Below are positions 50,894 to 61,898 of a DNA stretch of 64,000 nucleotides, in pieces. The translations under genes were made by a program, and so were the position numbers. Each line of letters opens with the position of its first letter. Positions within the stretch are counted from its first letter, which is position 1. The notes below the pieces were generated by a model. That model worked only from the letters and a program-made list of their open reading frames with translations. It was not told where the DNA came from and did no database searches. Source of the stretch: Cyanidioschyzon merolae (taxonomy: Eukaryota). The stretch is taken from NCBI GenBank assembly GCA_000091205.1, contig AP006498.2; one strand, given 5' to 3'.

Positions 50894-51361
50894 CTACGCC
50901 GAGCGATTGTACGTTCCTTTGGCGTAGCCCGCATATCCGATTTGCCCAAAGATAAGCAAAGCAAACAACCCCACGTGATATACGATCAGGTAGAACCAGA
51001 ACGGGTCATCCAGCTTTGGTCCAGTTGGGTACTGCGCCAGCAGACGCTGAATCGACGCCAGAAACGCCTGCGTCAGGCCAGTGCCACCCAGAACGGGTAT
51101 GTTCGATGGGATAGCGGCTACTGCGCTCCAACCGATAAGCGCAATAAAAATAACAGCAGGGTTCAGTGGGTACGGCTCACCGTCGGATACCTCAAACATG
51201 CGAAGAGAAGACGCACCCACGAGACGCTGGGGACGCGACAGCGCGATGCGCACTGGAGCCACCCGCGCTGCTCGTGTGGTGAAGCTGCAGCGAGCTGCAC
51301 ACGTGCACTGCTGCCGCTGCAAGGCCGACGCCACTGGTAATACACTAACAAAGCCGTACAT
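50894..51361 (-). CDS. PSAO: Photosystem I subunit O (PsaO)-like small two-TM membrane protein with a transit peptide
   Basis: The mature part 'AVIFIALIGWSAVAAIPSNIPVLGGTGLTQAFLASIQRLLAQYPTGPKLDDPFWFYLIVYHVGLFALLIFGQIGYAGY' matches, from memory, plant PsaO 'VVGFGLIGWLAPSSIPAINGKSLTGLFFDSIGTELAHFPTPPALTSQFWLWLVTWHLGLFLCLTFGQIGFKG'. It has an Ala/Arg/Ser-rich presequence. The track ORF starts at TTG 51367; the first ATG is 51361. Confidence 0.5.
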   Translation of the reverse strand: MYGFVSVLPVASALQRQQCTCAARCSFTTRAARVAPVRIALSRPQRLVGASSLRMFEVSDGEPYPLNPAVIFIALIGWSAVAAIPSNIPVLGGTGLTQAFLASIQRLLAQYPTGPKLDDPFWFYLIVYHVGLFALLIFGQIGYAGYAKGTYNRSA

Positions 51362-52088
51362 GTTCAAGTTTCGTTCTCGAGGTTCCGCTGGGCGTGGTTA
51401 TGGTGCTCGAGCGCTTCCAAACGCTTCAGCACGATGTGTCAATCACAGATTCCGATGCATCGCGTGGGAAGTGCGCGGGGGAGCTCGCGCATTGCAAACC
51501 CTTCCTCAAGATCAATCCCTCATTGTCCAATTATATACATAAAGTTCACTTAATATTCCACTTAGAACAGTTTCCTCGGGAGCGTTTCGCTCATGCAGCA
51601 TCGCAGGCTGTGCATCGCAGATCGCCGCCGGGTGCATCGCCCAGCGCGCCGATTCCGCAGCACAGCGGCGTTGACGAGATCGCGTCGCTCGGACTCGAGG
51701 ATGGATCGTGCGCGCTGCAACGCTGCTATGGCTGGATAGAGCGCACGTTTTCCCGACGTCAGCGACATTGTGTAGATAGGTTGGGCGCTTGAAAAGGTGA
51801 CGTCACAAGCCTGTTGGGCTCACGGTAACCAGCAGGGAGCAATCACTCGTCGATCACCGCTGGTTTCTAAAACTGGAGGGTTTCTTTGCGCGTTACGCTA
51901 CGTGTGAACGCGCTGATACCGCTGCTAGAGCGCGAAGAGCAACCCTCAGACCTCAAGCGGTTCGCTCGGAGGCCACATCAATTGGACAGCTCGCTCCAGG
52001 TGTGCGCGTCTTGTCCGTTGGAGACCGCCGGACCCAGTTGAACTGTTGCAGTGACCTGGAAGCTTTGGCGACCTGAGCGTCTGCGGTC

Positions 52089-54017
52089 ATGCGAAGCAGG
52101 TACTGCTTTTTGTTGTCAAGCACGCCCTGTAAGTACGCTGGGCAGCGTAGTCCGTTCCCTGCCAGCGCATTAGCGGGCGTATGTGCCGGAGGGCGGCTCC
52201 GCAACGTTACGCGCAACCTTCGGCCGGGGCTCCGTACTTTGCGTGCCTCAGCTGAAACAGAGCATTCGCAAGGCACCCGCCAAGCACAGTATGACTTTAT
52301 CATCGTTGGCGCTGGTGCGGCCGGCTGCGTGCTCGCTAACCGCCTATCAACGGCCCAGTTCAGCAATGGAGACCGCCGGTATCCCCGTGTACTCCTGCTG
52401 GAAGCAGGTGACGCACTCGCGGAGGCGCCGTACTTCGAGCACATTCCCCTTGGATTTCCTCAGCTGATCGGAAGCCGCCTCGACTATGGCTTTTTTTCAC
52501 GCGAGAATCCTACCCATTTGGGTGGTCGTGGAGCAGTCTACCTTCCGCGAGGTCGCGGCGAGGGAGGCTCCCATGCGATCTCGGTGATGTTGGTGCATCG
52601 TGGCTCGCGTCACGACTATGAAACGTGGGTGAAAGATTACGAGGCTCTCGGATGGGGGCCGGATGACGTCCTCCCGTACTTCAAACGGCTGGAATCGAAT
52701 GAAAGAACAGCGCAGCGGGGCGCCGACGGGGAGGCAGCGACGGCGCTGCACGGCTCGGACGGACCGCTCCGAGTGTCGGACCAGCGCTCTCCGAACCCGC
52801 TGTCGTTAGCGTTCATTGAAGCATGTCTCGAACGCGGTATCCGGCGCAACAAAGACTTTAATGATTGGGACCATGGTCAAGAGGGCGCCGGTCTCTTCCA
52901 GGTCACCCAGCGAGACGGCCGGCGCGAAAGCCCAGCGACTGCCTATCTGCAACCGGTGCGGTCGCGCCGAAACTTGCACATTGAGACGAATGCACTCGCT
53001 GAACACCTCGTCTGGTCCAAGGACGGTCGTCGCGTCGAGGGTATTCGTTTCATTGATCGACATGGGCGCCGACGTGCAGCGCTCGCGCACTGCGAGGTGA
53101 TTCTTGCGGCGGGTGCTATTAACACGCCCCAGTTGCTGATGCTCTCCGGATTAGGTCCGGGTGCACATTTACAAGACTTTGGCATACCCGTGGTGCGAGA
53201 CCTTCCCGGGGTAGGCCAGAACCTCCAGGATCATGCGGCAGTGATGCTTTCGTACTACGCCCCGGATCCTTATGGTAAGGATCGGGACAAGAAGCGCATA
53301 TTCTACACCGAGCGCCTAGGAAAAGATCCACTGGTACTTGCCGAGTACTTTTTGCTAGGAAGAGGGCCCTTGACCTCGCCTGTGTGCGAGGCCGGTGCTT
53401 TTGTTCACACGCAGGCGGTGATCGGCGAGCCCAGCTGTGATCTGCAGCTTCGCTTTGTGCCGTTTTTCTCCGATGCAGATCCGTACAAGAGCCTCGGCGA
53501 ATATCGCAGTGGAGGTCATGTGCTAACGAATACCAGCATTCGTCCAGCAGGTTTTGGTTTGCAGGCTGTTGCGATCCGCCCGCGGAGTCGTGGTCGGATC
53601 GAGCTTGCGACGATCGACCCACGAGCACGCCCCATTATCCACACTGGATGGCTAGAGGACAAGCGAGACCTGCAGACCCTGCTCTCGGGACTGAAGCTGG
53701 GCCGAGAGATTCTCTCCGGCGACTCGATGCGCCCCTATCGTGGGCGAGAAGCATTCCCAGAAACGTTAGAGGACGATCTCGTGACCTACATCCGCCGCAC
53801 GTGCCATACAGCGAATGCGATCGTTGGCACGGCACGTATGGGAACAGGGCGCGATGCGGTTGTCGACCCTGAGCTTCGTGTCCACGGTGTTGAGCGACTG
53901 CGGGTAATCGATGCCTCTGTCATGCCGAAAATTATTGGCGGCCAGACGGGGGTTCCGACGATGATGATCGCCGAGCGTGGTGCTGATTTGGTGAAAAAGA
54001 CTTGGAAACTGGTGTAA
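52089..54017 (+). CDS. GMC-family FAD oxidoreductase (choline dehydrogenase-like)
   Basis: N-terminal Rossmann FAD motif 'YDFIIVGAGAAGCVLANRLS', the GMC signature region 'GGSHAISVMLVHRGSRHDYETW', and a C-terminal substrate domain with 'CHTANAIVGTARMG' (active-site His region) and 'VHGVERLRVIDASVMP'. An Arg/Ser-rich presequence of about 60 aa precedes the FAD motif. It starts at an ATG. Confidence 0.85.
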   Translation: MRSRYCFLLSSTPCKYAGQRSPFPASALAGVCAGGRLRNVTRNLRPGLRTLRASAETEHSQGTRQAQYDFIIVGAGAAGCVLANRLSTAQFSNGDRRYPRVLLLEAGDALAEAPYFEHIPLGFPQLIGSRLDYGFFSRENPTHLGGRGAVYLPRGRGEGGSHAISVMLVHRGSRHDYETWVKDYEALGWGPDDVLPYFKRLESNERTAQRGADGEAATALHGSDGPLRVSDQRSPNPLSLAFIEACLERGIRRNKDFNDWDHGQEGAGLFQVTQRDGRRESPATAYLQPVRSRRNLHIETNALAEHLVWSKDGRRVEGIRFIDRHGRRRAALAHCEVILAAGAINTPQLLMLSGLGPGAHLQDFGIPVVRDLPGVGQNLQDHAAVMLSYYAPDPYGKDRDKKRIFYTERLGKDPLVLAEYFLLGRGPLTSPVCEAGAFVHTQAVIGEPSCDLQLRFVPFFSDADPYKSLGEYRSGGHVLTNTSIRPAGFGLQAVAIRPRSRGRIELATIDPRARPIIHTGWLEDKRDLQTLLSGLKLGREILSGDSMRPYRGREAFPETLEDDLVTYIRRTCHTANAIVGTARMGTGRDAVVDPELRVHGVERLRVIDASVMPKIIGGQTGVPTMMIAERGADLVKKTWKLV

Positions 54018-54635
54018 ACGCGCTCCGTGGGTGTATGCCGTTCGCGTTGCATGCAACATCGTGAACACGCAGCGGGTGCTCTGTTCGAAACTTCATAGCC
54101 ATAGTGCGCAACGCCGAGTCCCCGAGAACCCTGCAACGTGCGATGATCGAGGTATCGGGATCCTGGATAGCTACGGAGATCCAGTGCGCTATTCTAGTTA
54201 CAAAATCGTCGCATTCGGTAGGTGGCGCGCTGGGAACGGCGCAGACGTAGCACTCGGAACCGATGGATGGCGGGGCTCGTTTAACTCGGGCCTACGATCA
54301 TGAGTAAACGAACAGCTCTGCAAGCTGCTGGCATGATCGCTACGGCAGGGGGACTTGCCGTTGTTGCTGTCGCGTGCAACTAGCCGCTTGATGACAGCAG
54401 ATTCTTCGACATTTGCTTGCGACCAGTTCACTTGGACTAGACTGAAACGAGTTCCATTCTTTTTGGGCAGCGAGTATGTGCAGGCACGCTGATCCGCATG
54501 TGAAGTTGCTGCAGTACCTGAAACGTGCTGGCATCCATTTATTATTCAGCGGTGATGCGTCAGGCCGGCTTCGGTCGCAGGCAGCAGTCGATCGCCACCT
54601 CCAGGCTAGTATCCTTCTCTCAGAGACAAGCGTGA

Positions 54636-54986
54636 TCAATCCAGCGGCTGTTTGGATATCGTACGCGGCGAGCGCAATCGCTGTGGTGTCGATACCATCA
54701 CCGCCATTTTCGCGAATATATTTTTTGGGACTGAACGTCGTCTGATATTGAGGGCTACGTTGAAGTCTCGGCTGATGAACTCCCTGGGTTTATTGTCTCT
54801 GATGGAACTCACCAGTACATGGAGTTCCCCAATTGGTGCGCGCTGAGCGAATTGGCACCCTGTTAGCGCTTCGTGCTTTTCCATGGCCCAGGCGCTCCGC
54901 TGGCTTTTCTCCATCTCGACCTTCTGAAGTGTACACCCGAGTTCATCCCATAGCTTTTTTATTTCTTCAAATGAACACGCTTGCAC
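54636..54986 (-). mobile_element. Fragment of the TnpB/Fanzor-like element (zinc-finger to RuvC-III region)
   Basis: The minus-strand ORF translates to 'EEIKKLWDELGCTLQKVEMEKSQR...REFISRDFNVALNIRRR'. The coding nucleotides 'gaactcgggtgtacacttcagaaggtcgagatggagaaaag' are about 85% identical to 'gaactgggttgtacacttcagagagtggagatggaaaag' in the 39.6 kb copy. Confidence 0.45.
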
Positions 54987-56036
54987 ATGACCTCAGGTGA
55001 GGACATTCGCTGAGCCGGCAAGACTTGTGGGATGAAGACGAAATGTGCCCCGGTGTGTCACCGTGTGCTGAACGCTTCAGCGATTCCTCCAGTGGAGCGT
55101 TCATACCGTTTTAAGATGGAAAACGCTCCTTTGATGCGGTTGAACCGCAGAACATACAAAGGAATGAAAAGCAGCTCTATCCCGATAGATCAGGCAAAAG
55201 CTCCAACGCGTAGGGAATGGTGCAGTACCACGTCGTCTAATAGACGGACATCACCAGACGTCAGCGGACAGTCTTCAATGTTTCGACAAAGTCATTGGTG
55301 CTGTTGTCTGTGAACTCTCTACGAGCGAAACTGAGGTAGCCAAATGAATCCACTGCAGTTAGAACATTTAATGACGTCTTAGCTCTCCTCGAGTTCAATC
55401 GCGCACACAACGGGCTCCCTCTCCGCGAATACCAATATACGCTCCGGCCGTTTTATTCGAAGGACGTCTGATCGGCTGAAAAGAACAAACCGACATCCCT
55501 GTACTCTATACAGATCGCAACCTTCCAGGAACATAGTCGTTCTGATTTCCATGGAAGATGGCTGTGCTTGAACTAGGACCCTTTTTTAAGACTCTCTCCC
55601 ACAGGTTTCAGCACCACGAGAATGAGCTATTCAGAAACAGAGAGGCCCGTGGTTGCTAATATCGTCGCTTTGGCTTTCCGCAAGTTGATCAACGGGTCGT
55701 TTTCTACCGTTGACTTCAAGCAGTTACCGAGAATACCGGTGTTTGACGCAGAGCGCATCTACTTGTTTCTTTCAGTATTCCTCAACCATCTGAGTACTGC
55801 GACGTGACTGACCTAAACCAGAAACGCAGTCCTCCCTCAACTGTTCAGTGAAGAATAGATCCTACAGGCATTCTTCTACGATCTATTTTCGGTATATTGC
55901 ATCGTGGTGTCGATCTCCGGCGCACCAGCGTAGCCCCTGTGGAACAGAACTGAGTTGAAGGCCACCAGCGGCACGTGCTGCGATCGCACTGCCCGCCTGC
56001 ACGCGCTGGAGCTCGGCGATCCACATCTGGAAGAAC

Positions 56037-56900
56037 ATGTTTCCGCTCGTGATGCAGCGGCAACTCCTTGAGGCGAATATGGCACACGGTTTATCTTTTT
56101 GCTTTGTAGCAGCGTTTGGTTCGGGTAAAACACGCACCTGGAGGCAACAGCAGCTCGACCAGCGGTGCCGACCTCAGCACCGGAGACCGCAGTTGGCAGT
56201 GACGGCGACGCTGCTTGAACGTGAGCTGATTGCAGGGTCTGCTCGCGGAGCTGCCCTGGAAACCTTCAAACTCTTTTTCCGGTGCCAGCCGGGGCGTTGG
56301 CGCTCAGAACGTTGCTACTTTTATCGAGAGACCGCGGATGTTGCCGACAGGGGCGGAGAAAGCGTGGAACGCTCGGAAACGCTGTTCCAAGTCGAGCCAC
56401 TGACGGCGGAAACGACCACCAAGGTGCTGCGGGACAACGGAACGGACGAGTCGAAACTTATCAGCGAAGGTTTCCATTCGTTGGAATACGCTGCTGGGTT
56501 TAAAGTCTCGTTTAATACGAGAATGGAGCACAGCGGTGATGTAAGCGCGAGCACGAATTTACTTTTCGTTCCGCAGGTGCTGGACGTGCAGCTCGCTCGA
56601 CAACTAGGTCTCGTGCGTGGCCTCTATTTCCGCGACAAGGGTTACGAAGAAGACCGGCCGATTGTTGGTCAGTTCGAGTTTCATGTCACGACGCGTGAAC
56701 TTGTAATGGTGACGGCTTACGCGCGTACAGTTAGTGTTGATCGCATTCTACTTTGCAGTGAGCGCCAGAGACTGCGACAAATCGCCAACTATCGCCGGCC
56801 AGAGGCGTGGCAGAGGGACGCTCCCTTGGATCGGAACCGGTCGTTGTTGACGGAAGTGCGTCTCCTTGGTGCCGGTATCGAAGACCGACTGCCAGACTAA
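56037..56900 (+). CDS. Hypothetical protein
   Basis: 287-aa ORF from an ATG and the longest frame in the interval. I recognise no family. It lies between the dispersed-repeat fragment and a convergent small ORF. Confidence 0.3.
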   Translation: MFPLVMQRQLLEANMAHGLSFCFVAAFGSGKTRTWRQQQLDQRCRPQHRRPQLAVTATLLERELIAGSARGAALETFKLFFRCQPGRWRSERCYFYRETADVADRGGESVERSETLFQVEPLTAETTTKVLRDNGTDESKLISEGFHSLEYAAGFKVSFNTRMEHSGDVSASTNLLFVPQVLDVQLARQLGLVRGLYFRDKGYEEDRPIVGQFEFHVTTRELVMVTAYARTVSVDRILLCSERQRLRQIANYRRPEAWQRDAPLDRNRSLLTEVRLLGAGIEDRLPD

Positions 56901-56907
56901 ACGCGTG

Positions 56908-57261
56908 CTAAAGCTGTGACGAACAGCACTGTTTAGTGCGCTCCCTCTCTGCCTCAACTGTGGAGGTCCAACGCTGGAGCACTTCCCACACCTGACTAAA
57001 CTCCGGTTCAAGCCGGCGAACTGGTTCCAAGGTTTCTTCAAGAGTCTCAAGTTCCTGATTCAGTCTTCCCACTGTTTGAGCTATTCGTTGTAGAATGATG
57101 CGCTGCTGCAGTTCGTGAGGATTCGGCATGGCGCAAGGTTGACGCAAAGCGCGGCAGCGCAACTGCTCAACATCGCCAGCGTAGACTGAAAGCGATTCAA
57201 ATGCCGACGATTTTGAACGTTCACGCGACAGCGGCTGCCAATGGCCCCTGCGGCGGCTCAT
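56908..57261 (-). CDS. Hypothetical small coiled-coil protein
   Basis: About 118-aa ORF. It shows heptad-like Leu/Glu periodicity ('LQQRIILQRIAQTVGRLNQELETLEETLEPVRRLE'). The track ORF starts at GTG 57282; the first ATG is 57261. Its 3' end is only 8 bp from the stop of the upstream convergent ORF. Confidence 0.2.
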   Translation of the reverse strand: MSRRRGHWQPLSRERSKSSAFESLSVYAGDVEQLRCRALRQPCAMPNPHELQQRIILQRIAQTVGRLNQELETLEETLEPVRRLEPEFSQVWEVLQRWTSTVEAERERTKQCCSSQL

Positions 57262-57603
57262 CCGAACGCGCAGAAACGACACGCCGGAGCGCGAGACGCC
57301 AATGCGAGCGGGATCAAAAGGACACGATCGAAAATCTGGAAATGTCTACATGATGTGCTATCAAATAGGATATTCCAGACTCTGCGTCCGCTGTGTAGCT
57401 GGAGCGCATGCTGGTTTCGTTCAGGGCGTGATGCGCAAACTGCATCGTCGGAACAGGTGCGCCTCTCGAAACACGACAACCTGCTTTCTCCAAGCTTAAG
57501 CTTTTGGCGAGCCTGGTAAAAAAAGCGGACGGTTTTTTTTCTGGGGTAAAAACGGTTCGAGATCAAGGGCGGTGGAGCTGCAACTAGGGCTTCTGGTGAG
57601 AAC

Positions 57604-59295
57604 ATGGTTCGCGAGCCAACCTTCGTGCCCTGTCACCTGAAAAGTGCTCGAACGCGTTTCGTCCACGCGTGTGCTCTTGGAGTTTGTGAGCGAGCGACAA
57701 CGCGACATGGCGCACAGCTATCGATTCGCAAAGCACGAGTGAGCGGGCACAGCGCGCCCGCAACGCACCTGCGGCACCGAGGCGGCACCCGGGACCTCGT
57801 TGCTCGCAGTTTTGGAGAGCCACCCTTCGAAGGCGACCTCGACTCGGAACGAGACTGGAAAGCGGCAGCCAACTACGATGCACCGGCGCCGAGCGCAGTC
57901 TCTCCGTGTTTTCCACTACTAGACTGGCAGGTGCCGTCTCTGCGTGCAGCTGAGGAGCGCTGGCTCGCCGAGGAAGTCCGTCTTTGGTTAGACCGAGAAT
58001 GGGAGCCGCTTGCAGCACACCGGGAGATAGGTGAAAAAGCTGCGAAAGCGGCACTTGACGCACGCATGGCGTTAGAGGGTAGCGGCAGGACCGCCAAGTT
58101 CGGTGAAGTTCTCATCACTGTTGCCTCTGAACTGGAGCGCGGCCCGAATCACCAGGTGGGTCGCGACTCCTGGAGAGAAGCCTATGTGAATCCCTTTGAT
58201 GTCGCCAACAAAGTAAGTGACCTGTACATGGTCCGGTATTTTGTAGAAACGGAACTTACTGCACCTGCGGAGGACGAGTCCGACGCGACGGACATCGATT
58301 CGAGCTGGACCGCGCTACCCCTCTCGGACACCTGTCGTTGCACTTGTCTGGATTATGAAGATATTTTGGCGATTCAAAAGCGGGCACGAGATCTGGGCCT
58401 CTCCGTTGGCCGGATCGCTTACGATAAATCGCGCCTCGGCGGTCAGGCGCAAGTGCGAAAGAACCGCACGGATACTGGGGCATCACCAACTGGAAGCAGC
58501 GTCTACGAGCGCAGCTATGCTGCAGACCATGTGGACAAAACGATACAAAGCTTTGACGATGTAATGTACCGGGAGCGAGTCCTCTATGAAGCTCTGAGAA
58601 CTAAGCGTCTCGTTCAGGAGCGAGGTCTGTATGGCGATTTTGCGCTGGGATGCAACGAAGAATACGTGAAGGCGGCGTTTCCATCAGACAAGGTCTGGGG
58701 CTGGGACCCCGACCCACACCAGCAATCGGATGCGAGACCACCATCAATGCCGATCGAGTCGACACCGTTTGATGGCATCGTGGGCTCCATTCGCGATGTT
58801 CACCCCTTCGATAGGCATGTTTTCTTTATGGGAACGCTCTACGGCGATATCCCGAGCGTAGTCGTGAATCGCGTGGTCTCCGAGACCGCACGCTTAGCAA
58901 ATCATACCATGCTGCTCCATCATGATTTTGACGTAGAAGCATTATTACGCGGGGTAGATGGCACCGATGCGATCGTTGACCAGCTGAATGGGTTATCGGT
59001 TGAGGTCGCATTTCGGGCGCTGCGCCCAGCACCGGCTGCAGCGACGTCTCAAGGCGATTCCGCCGCAGCGGAAGCGCACATGGCGGGAACGCAGTCTGAT
59101 GCAGGCACGCATGCAGCAGACGCGGATGCAGATGCAGAGCTGCGGATGCAAATTCAACGCGATCTTGATCTGCTCATCGAGACGCTGTATGGTGAGGTGG
59201 CTGCTCAGGTAGCGCTCCAAGAGAAGGATCGGAGTTTCCGAGTACGTTCCGCAATCGTACGGTACTTGGCTGCTTTCACTTGGGGTACACCCTGA
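57604..59295 (+). CDS. Hypothetical protein (563 aa)
   Basis: Long uninterrupted ORF from an ATG, with sense-frame codon bias, an Arg/His-rich N-terminus and an acidic Ala/Asp-rich C-terminal tail. I recognise no domain. Confidence 0.4.
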   Translation: MVREPTFVPCHLKSARTRFVHACALGVCERATTRHGAQLSIRKARVSGHSAPATHLRHRGGTRDLVARSFGEPPFEGDLDSERDWKAAANYDAPAPSAVSPCFPLLDWQVPSLRAAEERWLAEEVRLWLDREWEPLAAHREIGEKAAKAALDARMALEGSGRTAKFGEVLITVASELERGPNHQVGRDSWREAYVNPFDVANKVSDLYMVRYFVETELTAPAEDESDATDIDSSWTALPLSDTCRCTCLDYEDILAIQKRARDLGLSVGRIAYDKSRLGGQAQVRKNRTDTGASPTGSSVYERSYAADHVDKTIQSFDDVMYRERVLYEALRTKRLVQERGLYGDFALGCNEEYVKAAFPSDKVWGWDPDPHQQSDARPPSMPIESTPFDGIVGSIRDVHPFDRHVFFMGTLYGDIPSVVVNRVVSETARLANHTMLLHHDFDVEALLRGVDGTDAIVDQLNGLSVEVAFRALRPAPAAATSQGDSAAAEAHMAGTQSDAGTHAADADADAELRMQIQRDLDLLIETLYGEVAAQVALQEKDRSFRVRSAIVRYLAAFTWGTP

Positions 59296-60018
59296 AAAGC
59301 CTTTCTGACACCGGTCGGAGTGTTCAGTGTCGGTACAAAAGGGTGTCGTACACCCTTATTTCGGGTACGTCTTCATCCAAACGCACCACTGCTGTTCCAT
59401 ACCGTGAACAGGCAGCGCAGTCGTGTCGATGAAGGGGTCATTGGCATTTCGGTGACGTCAACGCCGTATATCCTGATCCGACCGCGTCATGGCATGATCG
59501 GCGATTCGCGAAGCGGCGTCGTGTGATCTCTCTGTCTCCTGAGGCAAAACGGGGTCACAGGCATGCTGAGCGCACGCCCATTGGACAAGTTCCGGTCGGT
59601 ATGTGAGCGGCACGCTTTCTCTGCTGAAGAAAAGTGCTCGCGCTTGTTTGGAAAGCAGCTTGGGAACGAGTGCGTGACGATAGCGCTAATGCGTGTGTTT
59701 GTCTAATGCTTTCAAAGTCACTGTTCCGAATTCACGTGGCATTGTCAACCACCTTGATCTGTTGGGAGAGCAACTACTGGAATGAGAAGGTGCTCCATGG
59801 GACAAACTTTACATTTGTTGGCATCAGATCGCATCGAGTCGCGTCAACCGGCATCGCAGTGCCGGACGCAGCGATTCCTGGGACAGTGGCCCGCGGCCTG
59901 CCGCCATTGCCGATGCCACTGCGACGCGTTGTGACAGGCGTCAAGGATGCACGTTGGCGGCATCCGGGGACTCGTTTCATGCAACACACGATAAGGCTTT
60001 GCTCCGAGTCTTCGCTGA

Positions 60019-61686
60019 TCAGTGCCAGTCGATGAGGTCTCGTTCTGACGTACCATTGGACTGATTGGAATGCTTTGTTGTTGTGGTGCTGGCGATGGTG
60101 GCGGTCTGCGGCGGTTCCTTTCCCGCGATCCCGTAAACGTGCTGTCTTGTAGCGATCCCAGAGACAGGTTCTGAAGTTATGTCCGAGCGTTCCGACGGAT
60201 TCAAAGCGGCGTGGCTCGTGCCTTTGCGAGCCATGGATTCCGCTACGGCCAGCTGTGTGTAATCCGCATTCACTCTCTGGGATCCGGGATATTCGCTGGC
60301 TATTGAATTCAGGGAATGCGGCGCACCTGCAAATGAACGCTTGACGGAAGCTGATCCGCCGTGGACCTCACGTTGCCTGCCGGAGCACGTCTTGCCACTG
60401 AATTCAAAATGCCGGCTGGTGTCTACCTCGGGGAAGGTCGCCCAGCACAGTTCATCATCCATCGGTGCTGAACAGGCGCTTCCATGAGCTTGCAGCGCAT
60501 CGCTATTGAGCGAAGCATCGTGGACATTCAGCTGTGCGTCTCGTGAGCTGAATGGGTGTTCGTCTTGCTCGCTCTCTTGGAGAAGAAAAGCAATCGCTTC
60601 GTTTGCAGACCAACGTCGCTGCACGTCCAGTTTCAAAAGACCTCGTAGAAGCTGCTCGACACGATCAGAGTACTGAGCCCGCCGTTTGCTATCAATTAGA
60701 TGCCAGGGAGCACCAGAGATGATCTGCAGTTCGCCATCATTGGCGAAAGGATGAAAGCCATACGCCAAGCTGAAAAGCACACACCCGCAAGCCCAAATAT
60801 CCTGCTTCTCTGGCATGCTATGCACGAGGCTCGCTGATGCAAAAGCGTCGATCATCTCCGGGGCCCTGTACCATCTAGTCGTCATGGCTATGGTCGACGA
60901 ATTCGGGTCATGCGGGACATTCGCCGTCGCAACGGGATGCGATGCCAGCGCGCTCTCTCCTGGACTTGTTCGATGATCGCCTTCCGGAACAAAAAGCTGA
61001 GCGCTCGCGAGGTCGCAGAGCAACCAGCGCTGCGCCTGCGGGTCGTACAGAATGTTCTCGAGCTTCACATCGCGATGGATGATCGCTGCGGGTTGTAAAG
61101 CATGCAGGTAGCGGAGTGCACCCAGGAGGTCTAGCGCAATCCGAAGCAACCGGGATTCTGGTAGCGGCTGGCGAGCTAGGGCCTCTCTCTCGAATAGCTC
61201 CGCGAGCGAGCCGCCTCGAACTCGTTCCAGCAGAAGAAACACCGAGCTTTCGGTGCCTTCCAGCACACAACTACCGTAAAACCTTACCACGCCATTTGGA
61301 AGCTGCGGTCGATCGTGGCATCGGCACGACTCTAGGTACTCGTAGATGGCGCGTTCGTTCTCCGCAAGGCGCCGAATGTCTGCCGAGGTCCCAAAGTGGG
61401 TCGCTTTGACGACATACGGAGCCGTATAGCGGCTGTTCTTGTCGTCACAACGCTCCGAGGCCGCATGGATCGTCGCATACCCGCCAGTTGCAATCGGTGG
61501 TGACCAGAGGATAATTTCTCGGTCCCGAATGACTAGCGTCCGAAGAAGGCCGCCATCCTCTCCATCAAAGTGTTCCGGGAAACCTCCAGGATGCAGCGCA
61601 GCGCCTCGCTCTGCGTTGCGGTCTGTGGTAGGCGACGTTGCCCAGGACTGGAACCAGTCCAAGGCCCCCTTGGTCCAAGTGAACAT
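60019..61686 (-). CDS. Serine/threonine protein kinase (NAK/AAK1-like) with a low-complexity C-terminal tail
   Basis: Gly-loop/Lys region 'GGYATIH...YVVKATHFG', catalytic loop 'IIHRDVKLENILYD', activation segment 'LLCDLASAQLF' (DFG replaced by DLA, as DLG/DFGS variants in NAK kinases), 'WYRAPEMI', and 'DIWACGCVLFSLAYGFHPF'. It starts at an ATG. Confidence 0.8.
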   Translation of the reverse strand: MFTWTKGALDWFQSWATSPTTDRNAERGAALHPGGFPEHFDGEDGGLLRTLVIRDREIILWSPPIATGGYATIHAASERCDDKNSRYTAPYVVKATHFGTSADIRRLAENERAIYEYLESCRCHDRPQLPNGVVRFYGSCVLEGTESSVFLLLERVRGGSLAELFEREALARQPLPESRLLRIALDLLGALRYLHALQPAAIIHRDVKLENILYDPQAQRWLLCDLASAQLFVPEGDHRTSPGESALASHPVATANVPHDPNSSTIAMTTRWYRAPEMIDAFASASLVHSMPEKQDIWACGCVLFSLAYGFHPFANDGELQIISGAPWHLIDSKRRAQYSDRVEQLLRGLLKLDVQRRWSANEAIAFLLQESEQDEHPFSSRDAQLNVHDASLNSDALQAHGSACSAPMDDELCWATFPEVDTSRHFEFSGKTCSGRQREVHGGSASVKRSFAGAPHSLNSIASEYPGSQRVNADYTQLAVAESMARKGTSHAALNPSERSDITSEPVSGIATRQHVYGIAGKEPPQTATIASTTTTKHSNQSNGTSERDLIDWH

Positions 61687-61898
61687 CTCGAAACGATTAA
61701 AGATCCTTCCCCTGGTATTCCCACTAAACAGGTAAATTTTTTGTAACCAGGATCAACAGAGCGTCCATGTCTCGCGATCGTTCGCCAGTTCCCTGCCACT
61801 CAGCCCAGGGCCGTTACGTGCCGCAGGTGAAGACTCGCAAGCCAGCGATACACAGGCGGAGCGCCTCGACCCGCTCTCCGTTGCATGCGGTTCTGTAG

